DNA of 64,000 bases from an uncultured Candidatus Saccharibacteria bacterium. GTDB taxonomy: Bacteria; Patescibacteriota; WWE3; UBA101185; UBA10185. Within the stretch, counting starts at the first letter, position 1. Each line of letters opens with the position of its first letter. Location of the stretch: positions 258,252 to 322,251 of the forward strand of contig CAYLMU010000001.1 of NCBI GenBank assembly GCA_964385105.1. The letters are read 5' to 3'. A program made the position numbers and the translations under genes. Positions 36,284-45,271 of this stretch are shown here, in pieces. The notes under the pieces are model-generated. The model saw only the letters and a program-made list of their open reading frames with translations. It was not told the origin of the DNA and ran no database searches.

Positions 36284-37066
36284 ATGAAATTTTTAATAAT
36301 AGGAGATATAGTTGCACAGCCGGGCAGAAAAGCAATAAGTGAAACTCTGCCTCAATTAAGGCAGGAATTAAACCCTGATTTGGTAATTGCAAATGTGGAA
36401 AATCTTGCACATGGCAGAGGAATAACTAAAGTCACTTTAGATGAAATGCACCTACACGGTGTAGAATTTTTTACCGGCGGCGATCACATTTTTTGGCAAA
36501 GAGAGCTATTGAATGAATTTTCTGATTTACCCCTTGTACGGCCTGCCAACTATCCAGAAGGCACTCCGGGAAATGGTTATAAGATTTTAGATATTGGAAA
36601 AAACGGAAAAGTGCTTATAATAAACTTAATGGGCAGGACATCTTTTGGTGGTACAGCTACATATTTAAATTGTCCCTTTAGAACCGCTGACCTTATTTTA
36701 GAAGAAGTATCATCACATAACGACATTTCACACACAATAATTGACTTTCATGCCGAAGCCACAAGCGAGAAGTATGCTTTTGCATTTTATATGGATGGTA
36801 GAGCAAATATTGTTTATGGAACTCATACTCATGTACCTACATGTGACCAAAGAGTTTTACCGCGAGGAACATATTATGTAAGTGATATCGGAATGACAGG
36901 TAATATTGATACAGTATTGGGCGTTAGAACGGAAATAGTACAACAAGTGTTTTTAACTGCACAAAATCAAAAATTTGAATGGGAAGAACAAGGACAAAAA
37001 GCTTTTAGAAGCATTTTTGTTGATACCGAACAAAAGACTATTGAGCGGGTAGACAGATATCTATAA
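36284..37066 (+). CDS. ymdB: YmdB-family metallophosphoesterase
   Basis: IGDIV, NVENLAHGRG, RPANYP, DFHAEATSEK, GTHTHVPT, DIGMTG; rny synteny. Confidence 0.93.
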   Translation: MKFLIIGDIVAQPGRKAISETLPQLRQELNPDLVIANVENLAHGRGITKVTLDEMHLHGVEFFTGGDHIFWQRELLNEFSDLPLVRPANYPEGTPGNGYKILDIGKNGKVLIINLMGRTSFGGTATYLNCPFRTADLILEEVSSHNDISHTIIDFHAEATSEKYAFAFYMDGRANIVYGTHTHVPTCDQRVLPRGTYYVSDIGMTGNIDTVLGVRTEIVQQVFLTAQNQKFEWEEQGQKAFRSIFVDTEQKTIERVDRYL

Positions 37067-37120
37067 AGCCAGGTAGTTTTTTTCGCTAACCGCGAACAAA
37101 TTTGAAAGGGGGTGTAAACT

Positions 37121-37393
37121 GTGACAAAACAAGAAATAGTAAATCAGTTATCTGATAAAGCAGGTATGACTAAAGTTGATGCTAACAAAGCATTAGATGC
37201 ATTGACAGAAATAATCTCAGATGCATTAGCAAAAGGAGAAAAAGTAACTTGGACTGGCTTCGGAACATTCGAAGTTAGATCAAGAGCTGCCAGAATGGGA
37301 AGGAATCCCCAAACCGGATCTCCGTTACACATTCCTGAAACTAAGACACCGGCTTTCAAAGCAGGAAAAGGTCTTAAGGATGCTGTTAAATAA
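37121..37393 (+). CDS. hup: DNA-binding protein HU
   Basis: GFGTFEVRSRAARMGRNPQTG...PAFKAGKGLKDAV; GTG start with SD. Confidence 0.97.
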   Translation: MTKQEIVNQLSDKAGMTKVDANKALDALTEIISDALAKGEKVTWTGFGTFEVRSRAARMGRNPQTGSPLHIPETKTPAFKAGKGLKDAVK

Positions 37394-37414
37394 TTAACTG
37401 CTATCTCAGAAAAC

Positions 37415-37439
37415 AAGGCGGGCTTTTAGCCCGCCTTTT
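37415..37439. terminator. Probably bidirectional intrinsic terminator between hup and the kinase gene
   Basis: AAGGCGGGC-TTTTA-GCCCGCCTT 9-bp stem between convergent genes. Confidence 0.85.
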
Positions 37440-37440
37440 G

Positions 37441-38607
37441 TTATTTACCGGCAGAATGTAAAGGCAGAGTTACCCAAAACGTACTACCTTTTCCTAGTCC
37501 TTCTGATGCAACACCAACCATTCCTTTCATCTTTTGTGTGTAAGTTTTCACAATATATAAACCAAGGCCTGTGCCACCTGTTTCAGCCATTGTTTGATAC
37601 GAACTGTCTATTCTGTGAAATTTTTGAAATAGCTTGTCTAACTGCTCTTTTTCAATTCCGGGGCCGGTGTCAATAACCGAAATTTTGGCAAAATCATTAT
37701 CTAGTGTAGGTGCTATGCGAATTGTGATTCCGCCCGACTCGGTGAATTTAACTGAGTTTCCTGCTAAGTTTATAATAATTTCCCGCAATTTCTGTCTATC
37801 TGCATAGATTTTTTTAACATCTTTAATATCCAGTTTGAAATACAAGTTTTTTTCTTTTGTTTTAATTTCAAGCTCATCATATATATCATGCATAAATTCT
37901 TCTATATCAATTTCTTCAAGTTTAAATTCCATCCTGCCCTGCTCTAGACGTGAAATATTCAAAATGTCGTTTATTAGATTTATCATCCTTTCGGTGCCTT
38001 TTACTGCTTTTTCAATATAATCTTTTTGCTTTTCGTTTAGTACACCGCCTTTTTCTGATTGCAGCATCCATAAATAGCTTTTTATTATAGTCATTGGCGT
38101 TTTTAATTCATGTGACGTAATTGATATAAACTCATCTTTTGTTTTTTCAAGTTCTTTTTCGCGTGTAACATCAGACATTGTTACCAGGTGTTCTTTATAG
38201 CCCATATCGGTTTCAATCGGGGATATTTTTATGTGTACATATCTGTCTTTGTTGGGAGTTTTTAATATGGCAAGTGGAGGAAGTTTTGGAAGGTCGGCAG
38301 TCTTTATAAACCGGCAATATTGTGTAATATCCAATAAATTTCCTTCTTCGTCGGTTAGTGTAACAACATCTGCAATATGTTTTCCCAATACTTCAGCCGA
38401 CTTTACATGCAGTAATTTTTCGAGGGCATGGTTAAAAAGTGTTATTCTACAAAATTCATCCACTGCGTAAATTGCTTCTGAGACCCTGTATAACAACTCT
38501 TCGGTACGCTTACGTTCTTTATGAAGCTCTACATTACGCTTGTATAGTTCTTTTGCAATAGTTTCTGAATCAAGTATTGTATTTTCTTGGGCAGTAGTGT
38601 CGGCCAT
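37441..38607 (-). CDS. Soluble PAS-domain sensor histidine kinase
   Basis: PAS (EAIYAVDE...FNHALE), H-box SHELKTPMT, N-box NLAGNSVKFT, DTGPGI, GGTGLGL, GKGSTF; no TM. Confidence 0.93.
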   Translation of the reverse strand: MADTTAQENTILDSETIAKELYKRNVELHKERKRTEELLYRVSEAIYAVDEFCRITLFNHALEKLLHVKSAEVLGKHIADVVTLTDEEGNLLDITQYCRFIKTADLPKLPPLAILKTPNKDRYVHIKISPIETDMGYKEHLVTMSDVTREKELEKTKDEFISITSHELKTPMTIIKSYLWMLQSEKGGVLNEKQKDYIEKAVKGTERMINLINDILNISRLEQGRMEFKLEEIDIEEFMHDIYDELEIKTKEKNLYFKLDIKDVKKIYADRQKLREIIINLAGNSVKFTESGGITIRIAPTLDNDFAKISVIDTGPGIEKEQLDKLFQKFHRIDSSYQTMAETGGTGLGLYIVKTYTQKMKGMVGVASEGLGKGSTFWVTLPLHSAGK

Positions 38608-38623
38608 TACTTTTTATGCATAA

Positions 38624-39532
38624 CTATTTGTAACTAATCTCAAATTTTTTTAAAAAATACTCAGGCTGCCAGGATTCCTTTGAACTTCGGAGATTTTGTA
38701 TACCAAGATCCTGCTCAATGTTTATATGTGTACAGCCCATTTTTTTAAATAATCGCAATGTCTCAATTTCAGCTACTTGCATTACCCCATCATATGCATA
38801 ATCGTATGAACCAAAAAGCCCGGTACAATATTTATTATACAGAGCATCGCTTATTGTGTAACCGACAATAGTGTTATCTACATAAATACCTATGGATATA
38901 AGTTCAAGAATATCACTTTGAGTCAAAATCTTTAGTGTGGCTTTAAATTCGGTTTCCGTCTCATTAGGATCTCTATTCTGAGCCCATTTCTTAAAAAGTT
39001 CAATTACATCATCTTGTGATTGTTTAAGGTTTAAATCAAGCAATCTAACTTCATAATGCGGGTATGCATTAATAAATTTAGTAACTTTTTTTCTGATTTT
39101 TTTATATTTGTTACCTTTTAAGCTCAAAGTTTCATTTATTGAAATTATATAGTCAAAATGGTCTCTCTCTTCTTTTAACACAAATATTTCGTTTAAATTA
39201 GCAAAATCAGTTTTCAAATTCTCTTCGGGTACAAGCTTAAGTGCATGGTGCAAATTTTTTTCGTTAGCAAACTTTAGTAATGTACTTATTGTTTCAACAG
39301 GTCTGTTTACGCCTAAAAAAGTTAAAAAGTGAAAATCTTCAAGATAATCTTTCATTTTAATAACAAGATTATCATTTAAAATTGTAAATTCCGCACTATC
39401 GCCAACATCATAACTCCATAAACTGTTGAAATTAAAATCAGAATAGGGAGCAAAATTTTTTGTGTAACTATCAAAATATTTTTTATCTGCAAGTTCTATT
39501 TGTTTGAAATTTGGAAATGTAGGCAGTTTCAT
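38624..39532 (-). CDS. DUF2156 / aminoacyl-phosphatidylglycerol synthase C-terminal-like GNAT protein
   Basis: SDFNF.SLWS, RDHFDYI, LKGNKYKKIRK...F, INIEQDLGIQNLRSSKESWQP. Confidence 0.75.
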   Translation of the reverse strand: MKLPTFPNFKQIELADKKYFDSYTKNFAPYSDFNFNSLWSYDVGDSAEFTILNDNLVIKMKDYLEDFHFLTFLGVNRPVETISTLLKFANEKNLHHALKLVPEENLKTDFANLNEIFVLKEERDHFDYIISINETLSLKGNKYKKIRKKVTKFINAYPHYEVRLLDLNLKQSQDDVIELFKKWAQNRDPNETETEFKATLKILTQSDILELISIGIYVDNTIVGYTISDALYNKYCTGLFGSYDYAYDGVMQVAEIETLRLFKKMGCTHINIEQDLGIQNLRSSKESWQPEYFLKKFEISYK

Positions 39533-39586
39533 GTTTTATAACGACTTTGTTTATGTTAATCTTAATTAAGTTATATTAAATGTAGC

Positions 39587-40411
39587 ATGCTGTCAGTCAT
39601 AAAGAAAAACTATTATCTAATCTTTTTGCTCCTGCTTTATAAATTATTTATTTTATTCTGGATATATATTCACATGTTTGAACCGGCCGAGTCGCCATTA
39701 TATGGATTGTTTTCTGATTCATATGGATATTTGACTTTTCTTTCCGGAATATATGGTTTGTATATGTCGCGCAGGTGGGGAAGTTTTCAAAGCTACATGG
39801 GCAAAGCGGTGTCATTTTTGTCTATCGGACTTTTGTTACAGGGCTTTGGTCAGCTGGTATATTCATACTACTATCTGGTTTTAAATATTGACGTACCGTA
39901 CCCTTCACTTGGTGATGTAGGGTTTTTCGGAAGTATATTTATGTATATTTTAGGCGTATGGTTTTTAGGTAGAGCCTCAGGTGTTTCGTATAATTTAAAG
40001 TCAGCTAAGAGCTGGTTCTTAGCAATTTTAGTACCAATCGTCTTGTTGGCAATTTCATATAATATACTTCGATCAGAATATGCCTTTGATTCAAACAGTT
40101 CTCTTGTGATATTTCTAGATTTCGGGTATCCATTCGGACAGGCAGTATATATATCTCTTGCCGTATTGATTTATTTACTGACTAATAATTTCTTAGGCGG
40201 ATCTATGCGTCCTAAAATATTATTTATTATTTTTGCTTTATTTGTTCAATATGTTGCTGATTTTATGTTTTTATACCAGGTTGACCGTGAGACGTGGACA
40301 GCAGGCGGCCTCAACGAATTTATTTACTTACTGTCTTATTTACTAATGACTCTGGCACTTATTAAATTAGAAAGTACTTTTTCATTGTATAAGGTTAAAC
40401 CGGAAAAATAA
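39587..40411 (+). CDS. Stand-alone polytopic membrane protein resembling sensor input domains
   Basis: ~8 TMs; VPYPSLGDVGF and YPFGQ motifs typical of membrane input regions of kinases/cyclases; no output domain. Confidence 0.7.
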   Translation: MLSVIKKNYYLIFLLLLYKLFILFWIYIHMFEPAESPLYGLFSDSYGYLTFLSGIYGLYMSRRWGSFQSYMGKAVSFLSIGLLLQGFGQLVYSYYYLVLNIDVPYPSLGDVGFFGSIFMYILGVWFLGRASGVSYNLKSAKSWFLAILVPIVLLAISYNILRSEYAFDSNSSLVIFLDFGYPFGQAVYISLAVLIYLLTNNFLGGSMRPKILFIIFALFVQYVADFMFLYQVDRETWTAGGLNEFIYLLSYLLMTLALIKLESTFSLYKVKPEK

Positions 40412-40686
40412 TGGAAAAATATACACAAGCTGCCTCAAATATTATTATGGCTCAAAAAATGGTAATGGGGCCGTTGGCTTATGATTTGGCCAAACAGGTA
40501 GACGGATTAGTTTTGAGTAACAACGAAGTTGCAATAAACAAAGATCCAAAAGTTGTACTTACTAATTTAATTGTGCAATATAAAAGCCTGTTTGGTGATG
40601 CATCGGTTAGAGTGAGCAAAGAAGCCATAAAAGACATAAAATCCAGTTTTACACCTGATGAGCTTCCAAAAGAACTTTTTAGTTAA
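40411..40686 (+). CDS. Small helical hypothetical protein
   Basis: 91 aa, coupled to upstream gene via TAATG overlap; II.AQ..VMGPLA and L..QY..LFG.AS motifs. Confidence 0.75.
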   Translation: MEKYTQAASNIIMAQKMVMGPLAYDLAKQVDGLVLSNNEVAINKDPKVVLTNLIVQYKSLFGDASVRVSKEAIKDIKSSFTPDELPKELFS

Positions 40687-41594
40687 TTTATAAGTAAAGT
40701 TCCAAAAAAGATAATTGCTATGAAAATCACTTTTTTTGCCAAATCCTCTTTTTTTAATGATTCTTCACTTATTTTAGGCAAAAATACCGAAATCAAAATT
40801 CCGATTATAAGCACAAAAACGGGCTGAAATCCTCCGGTAATAACAGATACTAAAGCAACCGGAGCCAAAAGTGAAGCAAAATTAAATGAAAGTTTACCCA
40901 CAATATTAATTGACTCATTGAGTGAATTTAATAAAAGCACGCTTTTTGTGTCGGTCTTAATTACTTGCAAAAAACCTTTTCTATATGAACCAACAAGCAA
41001 AAGTAAAAGTGCTGCAACAAAAAATCCGATATATTCCCAAAAACTTGTTACAAGAAAGCTTTCTTCTATTGCAATATATTTAAAAATTAAAGCATTTAAA
41101 GCTACCAGAAAACTTGCAATAGTCATTAAAACAAGTACTTTTGTTTTTACTTTGGGTTTATGAATAACCGTAAGGTCTGAAGTTAGGCCGATAGCTCCTA
41201 TTATAATAAGCCCGGAACCTATAAGTTGAAGTGGCGTTAAAGCTTCACTCAAGAAAATATAGCCCAAAATAATTGTAAAAACTCCGCTCAATTGAAATAA
41301 AGGAACTACAATCGAGGCCTCTTCAATTTCAAGAGCATATAAATACGGCAATACAAATCCTATGTAAAACAGTCCGTTTATTATCATAATCAGCTTTGAA
41401 GTTGTGCTTATTTCAAATACATCGGGGTTTATGAGAAAAATAATAAATGCCACCGGTAGGCCAATTAGGGCTGAAAAAATTATGAGAGCGCCAATTCCTC
41501 TTCCCTTAATTATTTTATTTATAAGATATTTATCGGTATGATTTACCAAAGCCCACATAAAAGGAGCTATTAAAGTTATTGTTAGCCAATTCAT
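40683..41594 (-). CDS. EamA/DMT-family transporter
   Basis: ~10 TMs, EASIVVPLFQ, GYIFLSEALT..QLIG; two-repeat architecture. Confidence 0.85.
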   Translation of the reverse strand: MNWLTITLIAPFMWALVNHTDKYLINKIIKGRGIGALIIFSALIGLPVAFIIFLINPDVFEISTTSKLIMIINGLFYIGFVLPYLYALEIEEASIVVPLFQLSGVFTIILGYIFLSEALTPLQLIGSGLIIIGAIGLTSDLTVIHKPKVKTKVLVLMTIASFLVALNALIFKYIAIEESFLVTSFWEYIGFFVAALLLLLVGSYRKGFLQVIKTDTKSVLLLNSLNESINIVGKLSFNFASLLAPVALVSVITGGFQPVFVLIIGILISVFLPKISEESLKKEDLAKKVIFIAIIFFGTLLIN

Positions 41595-41595
41595 G

Positions 41596-42015
41596 TTAGT
41601 AAATGTTGTCGGTCGGGTATTTTAAACCCCTATCCATTTTCACAATATCCACATCTTTTGGTTCAAATGTTGTTTTTAGGTAATCTATTGCACCATTAAC
41701 GTTAAATTCCTTGCATGAATATAAGTCTATTGTTACAAAGCCGCGTCTGGCAAATGTATGAATGCTAATATGGGATTCCTGTATAACCAGAAAACCGGTA
41801 AAACCGCCGGGGTCTTTTCCCCCTAATGTTTCATTGCCATCGGCTTTAAGTACATAAGGTTCTGTGAGTTTTCTCATACCTGCAATTATTGCCAGATTGT
41901 TTAATACATCAAAGCAAAGTTCCATGTTATTGAGTTTTTCAAAAGGGCAGCCGTATGCGTCAAATATTAAGTGCGGGCCAAATCTTATTGTGCCTGAAAC
42001 TGTATTTATAGTCAT
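41596..42015 (-). CDS. speD: SpeD/AdoMetDC-family pyruvoyl-dependent decarboxylase proenzyme
   Basis: GPHLIFDAYGC, GFTGFLVIQESHISIHTF (E/S autocleavage site), IDLYSCK. Confidence 0.85.
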   Translation of the reverse strand: MTINTVSGTIRFGPHLIFDAYGCPFEKLNNMELCFDVLNNLAIIAGMRKLTEPYVLKADGNETLGGKDPGGFTGFLVIQESHISIHTFARRGFVTIDLYSCKEFNVNGAIDYLKTTFEPKDVDIVKMDRGLKYPTDNIY

Positions 42016-42084
42016 TATTTAACTTTAGCAAACTCAAATGTATTTGAGAAGAAAATTGGGCGCCTGTGTACTATAATTAAGTAC

Positions 42085-43062
42085 ATGCATAGTGACCTGC
42101 CCATTCATAAATCCGACCCAATTGATAAATATCAGTTCATGCATCATTTTGTTCCGCACCCCAAACACAAAAAAAGGGCAACATTACTTTCGAATAACGC
42201 ATTTAAATTTTACATTTTTTTATTGTTAATAAACTTTTTGGCATTAAGAATTACACCAAAAGTAGTACCTGGAATACTTGGCTATGCCTCAAGTATTTAT
42301 GTTCAGGAGTTATTGTCTGAAACAAACAAGGTTAGGCGTGAGCATGGGCTAGAGCCTTTGACCATTAACGCTGACTTGTCCCAGGCTGCACAACAAAAAG
42401 CTAATCACATGTTTGAAAACGATTACTGGGCACATGTTGCGCCCGATGGCACAAGACCCTGGGATTTTATACTTGGCCAACAATATGATTATGAATATGC
42501 AGGTGAAAACTTGGCAAAAAACTTTAATACATCAAAACAGGTTGTTGATGCATGGTTTGACTCTGAATCACACCGGGATAATTTGCTCAATAAAAATTAC
42601 ACTGAAATAGGCTTTGCTGTAGTAAACGGAGAACTTGATGGCTACGATACCACATTGGTGGTTCAAATGTTTGGTAAGCCGCGTGTGCCAAATTATCAAG
42701 CTGCTGGACCTACAAATCCACCAACTACCGAGGTTCCGGCTACTGCGCCTGAAACAGAAGTATTGGATGAAGTAGGAGTTGAGGTAACACCTGCAGTAAC
42801 ACAAGAACCACTTTTACAACAAAACGAAGCCGTACAAGTACATCCAGAACAAAATGAGGTTGTAATTGATGTTGGCGCTGTTTCAAGATATATGATTTTA
42901 ATTTTTGGTGTATTTTTTGTCGGATTACTTTCTTTAGATATTTGGTACTCGCATAGAAAAGGTATAGCCAAGTTTACGGGTCATACATTTGCTCATATGC
43001 TATTTTTAATTCTTATATTAACGAGTGTACTTATATCATTGAGTCCGGGAAGGGTTTTATAA
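42085..43062 (+). CDS. CAP/SCP-domain membrane protein
   Basis: TNKVRREHGL.PL, AAQQKANHM, YWAH, AGENLA, WFDSESHRDNLL..YTEIG; Pro/Thr-rich linker; C-terminal TMs. Confidence 0.9.
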   Translation: MHSDLPIHKSDPIDKYQFMHHFVPHPKHKKRATLLSNNAFKFYIFLLLINFLALRITPKVVPGILGYASSIYVQELLSETNKVRREHGLEPLTINADLSQAAQQKANHMFENDYWAHVAPDGTRPWDFILGQQYDYEYAGENLAKNFNTSKQVVDAWFDSESHRDNLLNKNYTEIGFAVVNGELDGYDTTLVVQMFGKPRVPNYQAAGPTNPPTTEVPATAPETEVLDEVGVEVTPAVTQEPLLQQNEAVQVHPEQNEVVIDVGAVSRYMILIFGVFFVGLLSLDIWYSHRKGIAKFTGHTFAHMLFLILILTSVLISLSPGRVL

Positions 43063-43063
43063 T

Positions 43064-43336
43064 ATGGTTCATTTTAACGAAAATCAACATCCGCGCCACT
43101 TTTTACACTTGGCAATATTGTTTGGCGGTACAAGTGTAATTTGCATTTTATTTTATGTTTTTAGACATATCCCGTCATACCAGGTAATAACCGCGTTAAC
43201 CGGTTCGATTTTTTATTCGGCATGGGGTATAATTCACCATGCTATTGAAGGAAGATTAACAAGCATTATTGCTATTGAGTATATACTCCTTTCACTTTTA
43301 GCGTTTGTAGTAATTTTCACTGCCTTATTTATATAA
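43064..43336 (+). CDS. Small membrane protein (3 TM)
   Basis: 90 aa hydrophobic ORF, YSAWGIIHH..EG motif, tightly packed in operon. Confidence 0.75.
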   Translation: MVHFNENQHPRHFLHLAILFGGTSVICILFYVFRHIPSYQVITALTGSIFYSAWGIIHHAIEGRLTSIIAIEYILLSLLAFVVIFTALFI

Positions 43337-43340
43337 AAAA

Positions 43341-44477
43341 ATGAAAGTTGCAGTTGTAATACCAACTTATAATGAGGCAGAGAATATTAAGCAGTTAATT
43401 CCTGCGCTAAACGATGAGTTTAAAAAAATACCCCAACATGAATGTCATATTTTAATTGTGGACGGAAATTCTCCTGACGGTACCGGAAGTGTCGTAAATG
43501 AACTTAAAGAAGCATATTCCAATGTTCATCTGTTAACCGAAAAAGAGAAAAAAGGTCTTGGGGCAGCATATGTGTATGGGTTTAGGCACGCAATGGATGC
43601 ACTTAGTGCCGATATTATAGTAGAAATGGACGGGGATTTTCAGCACAACCCCGAAGATGTGGCTATTATGCTAAAAGAAATCGATAACGGGTACGATTAT
43701 GTTGTAGGTTCACGATTTATTGCTGGCGGGAGTATTCCCAAAGACTGGGAGTTATATAGAAAATTGTTAAGTTGGGGTGGAAATTTGTTTTCAAAAGTTG
43801 TGCTTGGTATGTGGTCTTTTAATGACTTCACTTCAGGTTTTAAAGCATCACGCGTAGAAGGATTTGCTAACAAACTTGATTTTGATAATATTTTGTCTCA
43901 AGGTTTTGCTTACAAAATTGACCTTTTGTACCGTATGCACAAACTTGGAGCAAAAATAAAAGAAGTTCCAATAACTTTCAGATCACGAGGCAGAGGAGCT
44001 TCAAAAATGGAAAAAAACAACTTTATTGACTCGTTGAAAGTGGTTTTGTTAATAAGAATGAGTGAAAACAAGAATTTTTTTAAATTTGTTATCGTTGGGT
44101 TTTTAGGACTATTTACCGATATTCTATTATCAAACGGTTTTAGACTTACCGACATGGCTCCAAACGTAGCGGCTTCTGTTGCTGCGCTTTGTGCAATGCT
44201 TGTTACATTTTTACTAAATAATTTCTGGTCATTTCGTGATAGGCCAATTAAAAGCAACAAAAAAAGAATCCAGAAGTTTGTTTTATATGTATTGTCGTCA
44301 TTTGTTCCTATAATTTTCAGATATTATTTTGTTGCATATATGATTAGTTTATTTGGTAATACGTTTATTATTTACAATCTTTCACTTTTTGTAAGTATTT
44401 CTTTTGGATTAATCTGGAATTTTACCGTTTACAGCAAAATAATCTGGAAAGAGCAGAATTTGAGTACTTTGGAATAA
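43341..44477 (+). CDS. Polyprenol-monophosphate sugar synthase (GT2, DPM1/Ppm1-like) fused to a GtrA-like flippase
   Basis: VIPTYNE, VDGNSPDGT, GLGAAY, MDGDFQH, VGSRF; C-terminal FFKFVIVG...NFLLNNFWSF...WNF. Confidence 0.88.
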   Translation: MKVAVVIPTYNEAENIKQLIPALNDEFKKIPQHECHILIVDGNSPDGTGSVVNELKEAYSNVHLLTEKEKKGLGAAYVYGFRHAMDALSADIIVEMDGDFQHNPEDVAIMLKEIDNGYDYVVGSRFIAGGSIPKDWELYRKLLSWGGNLFSKVVLGMWSFNDFTSGFKASRVEGFANKLDFDNILSQGFAYKIDLLYRMHKLGAKIKEVPITFRSRGRGASKMEKNNFIDSLKVVLLIRMSENKNFFKFVIVGFLGLFTDILLSNGFRLTDMAPNVAASVAALCAMLVTFLLNNFWSFRDRPIKSNKKRIQKFVLYVLSSFVPIIFRYYFVAYMISLFGNTFIIYNLSLFVSISFGLIWNFTVYSKIIWKEQNLSTLE

Positions 44478-44503
44478 GTAAGTAGAATTAAGTTGGAGGA
44501 TTT

Positions 44504-45256
44504 ATGGAATATTCAATAGTTACGCCCGCATATAATGAAGCCGATAAAATAACTACTACGTTACGTCAGATGCTAGGTTTTATGAGGGAGTACAGTACGG
44601 AATTTGAGATCATTATTGTTGACGACGGTAGTAAAGACAACACAGCTCAAATAGTTGAAGAATACTCAAAAGAAAATCCTGAAGTACGAGTTATTCGCAA
44701 TAAACATAAAGGAAAAGGCCCGGCCGTTTGGAGAGGAATGATGGAAGCACAAGGAGATTTAATTTATATGGCTGACGCCGATCTTGCAACACCTATTTCA
44801 GAACTTAAAAAACTTTCAAACTGGATTAAAGACCATGACTTTGATATTGTAATCGCGTCACGAGAGGGTGTTGGGGCAGTACGGGTAAAAGAGCCTTTTT
44901 ACAGACATTTTGTGGGGCGTGTATTCAACTTTTTAGTACAAACGGTAGCACTTCCCGGAATTAAAGATTCGCAGTGCGGATTTAAACTTTTTAAAAAACA
45001 AGCAGCAAAAGATATTTTTGGTAAGCTTAAGATTTATGGAGACGACGCACCCGAGCGTGACCAGCCGTTTTTTGGTGCATTTGATGTGGAAGTATTGTAT
45101 TTGGCAAAAAAGCTTGGTTATAAGGTAAAAGAATTGCCGGTTACGTGGAATTTTGTAAAAACTCCAAGATTTAATTTTATTTACAATTCATTTAACATGG
45201 CAAAAGATGTATTAAAAGTGCGAATTAACGATATGCGTGGTGTTTATGAAGTGTAA
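44504..45256 (+). CDS. Dolichyl/polyprenyl-phosphate glucosyltransferase-like GT2 (ALG5-like)
   Basis: PAYNE, VDDGSKD, GKGPAVWRGM, MADADLATP, DSQCGFKLF, FDVEVL. Confidence 0.88.
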   Translation: MEYSIVTPAYNEADKITTTLRQMLGFMREYSTEFEIIIVDDGSKDNTAQIVEEYSKENPEVRVIRNKHKGKGPAVWRGMMEAQGDLIYMADADLATPISELKKLSNWIKDHDFDIVIASREGVGAVRVKEPFYRHFVGRVFNFLVQTVALPGIKDSQCGFKLFKKQAAKDIFGKLKIYGDDAPERDQPFFGAFDVEVLYLAKKLGYKVKELPVTWNFVKTPRFNFIYNSFNMAKDVLKVRINDMRGVYEV

Positions 45257-45271
45257 TTTATATATTTTACA

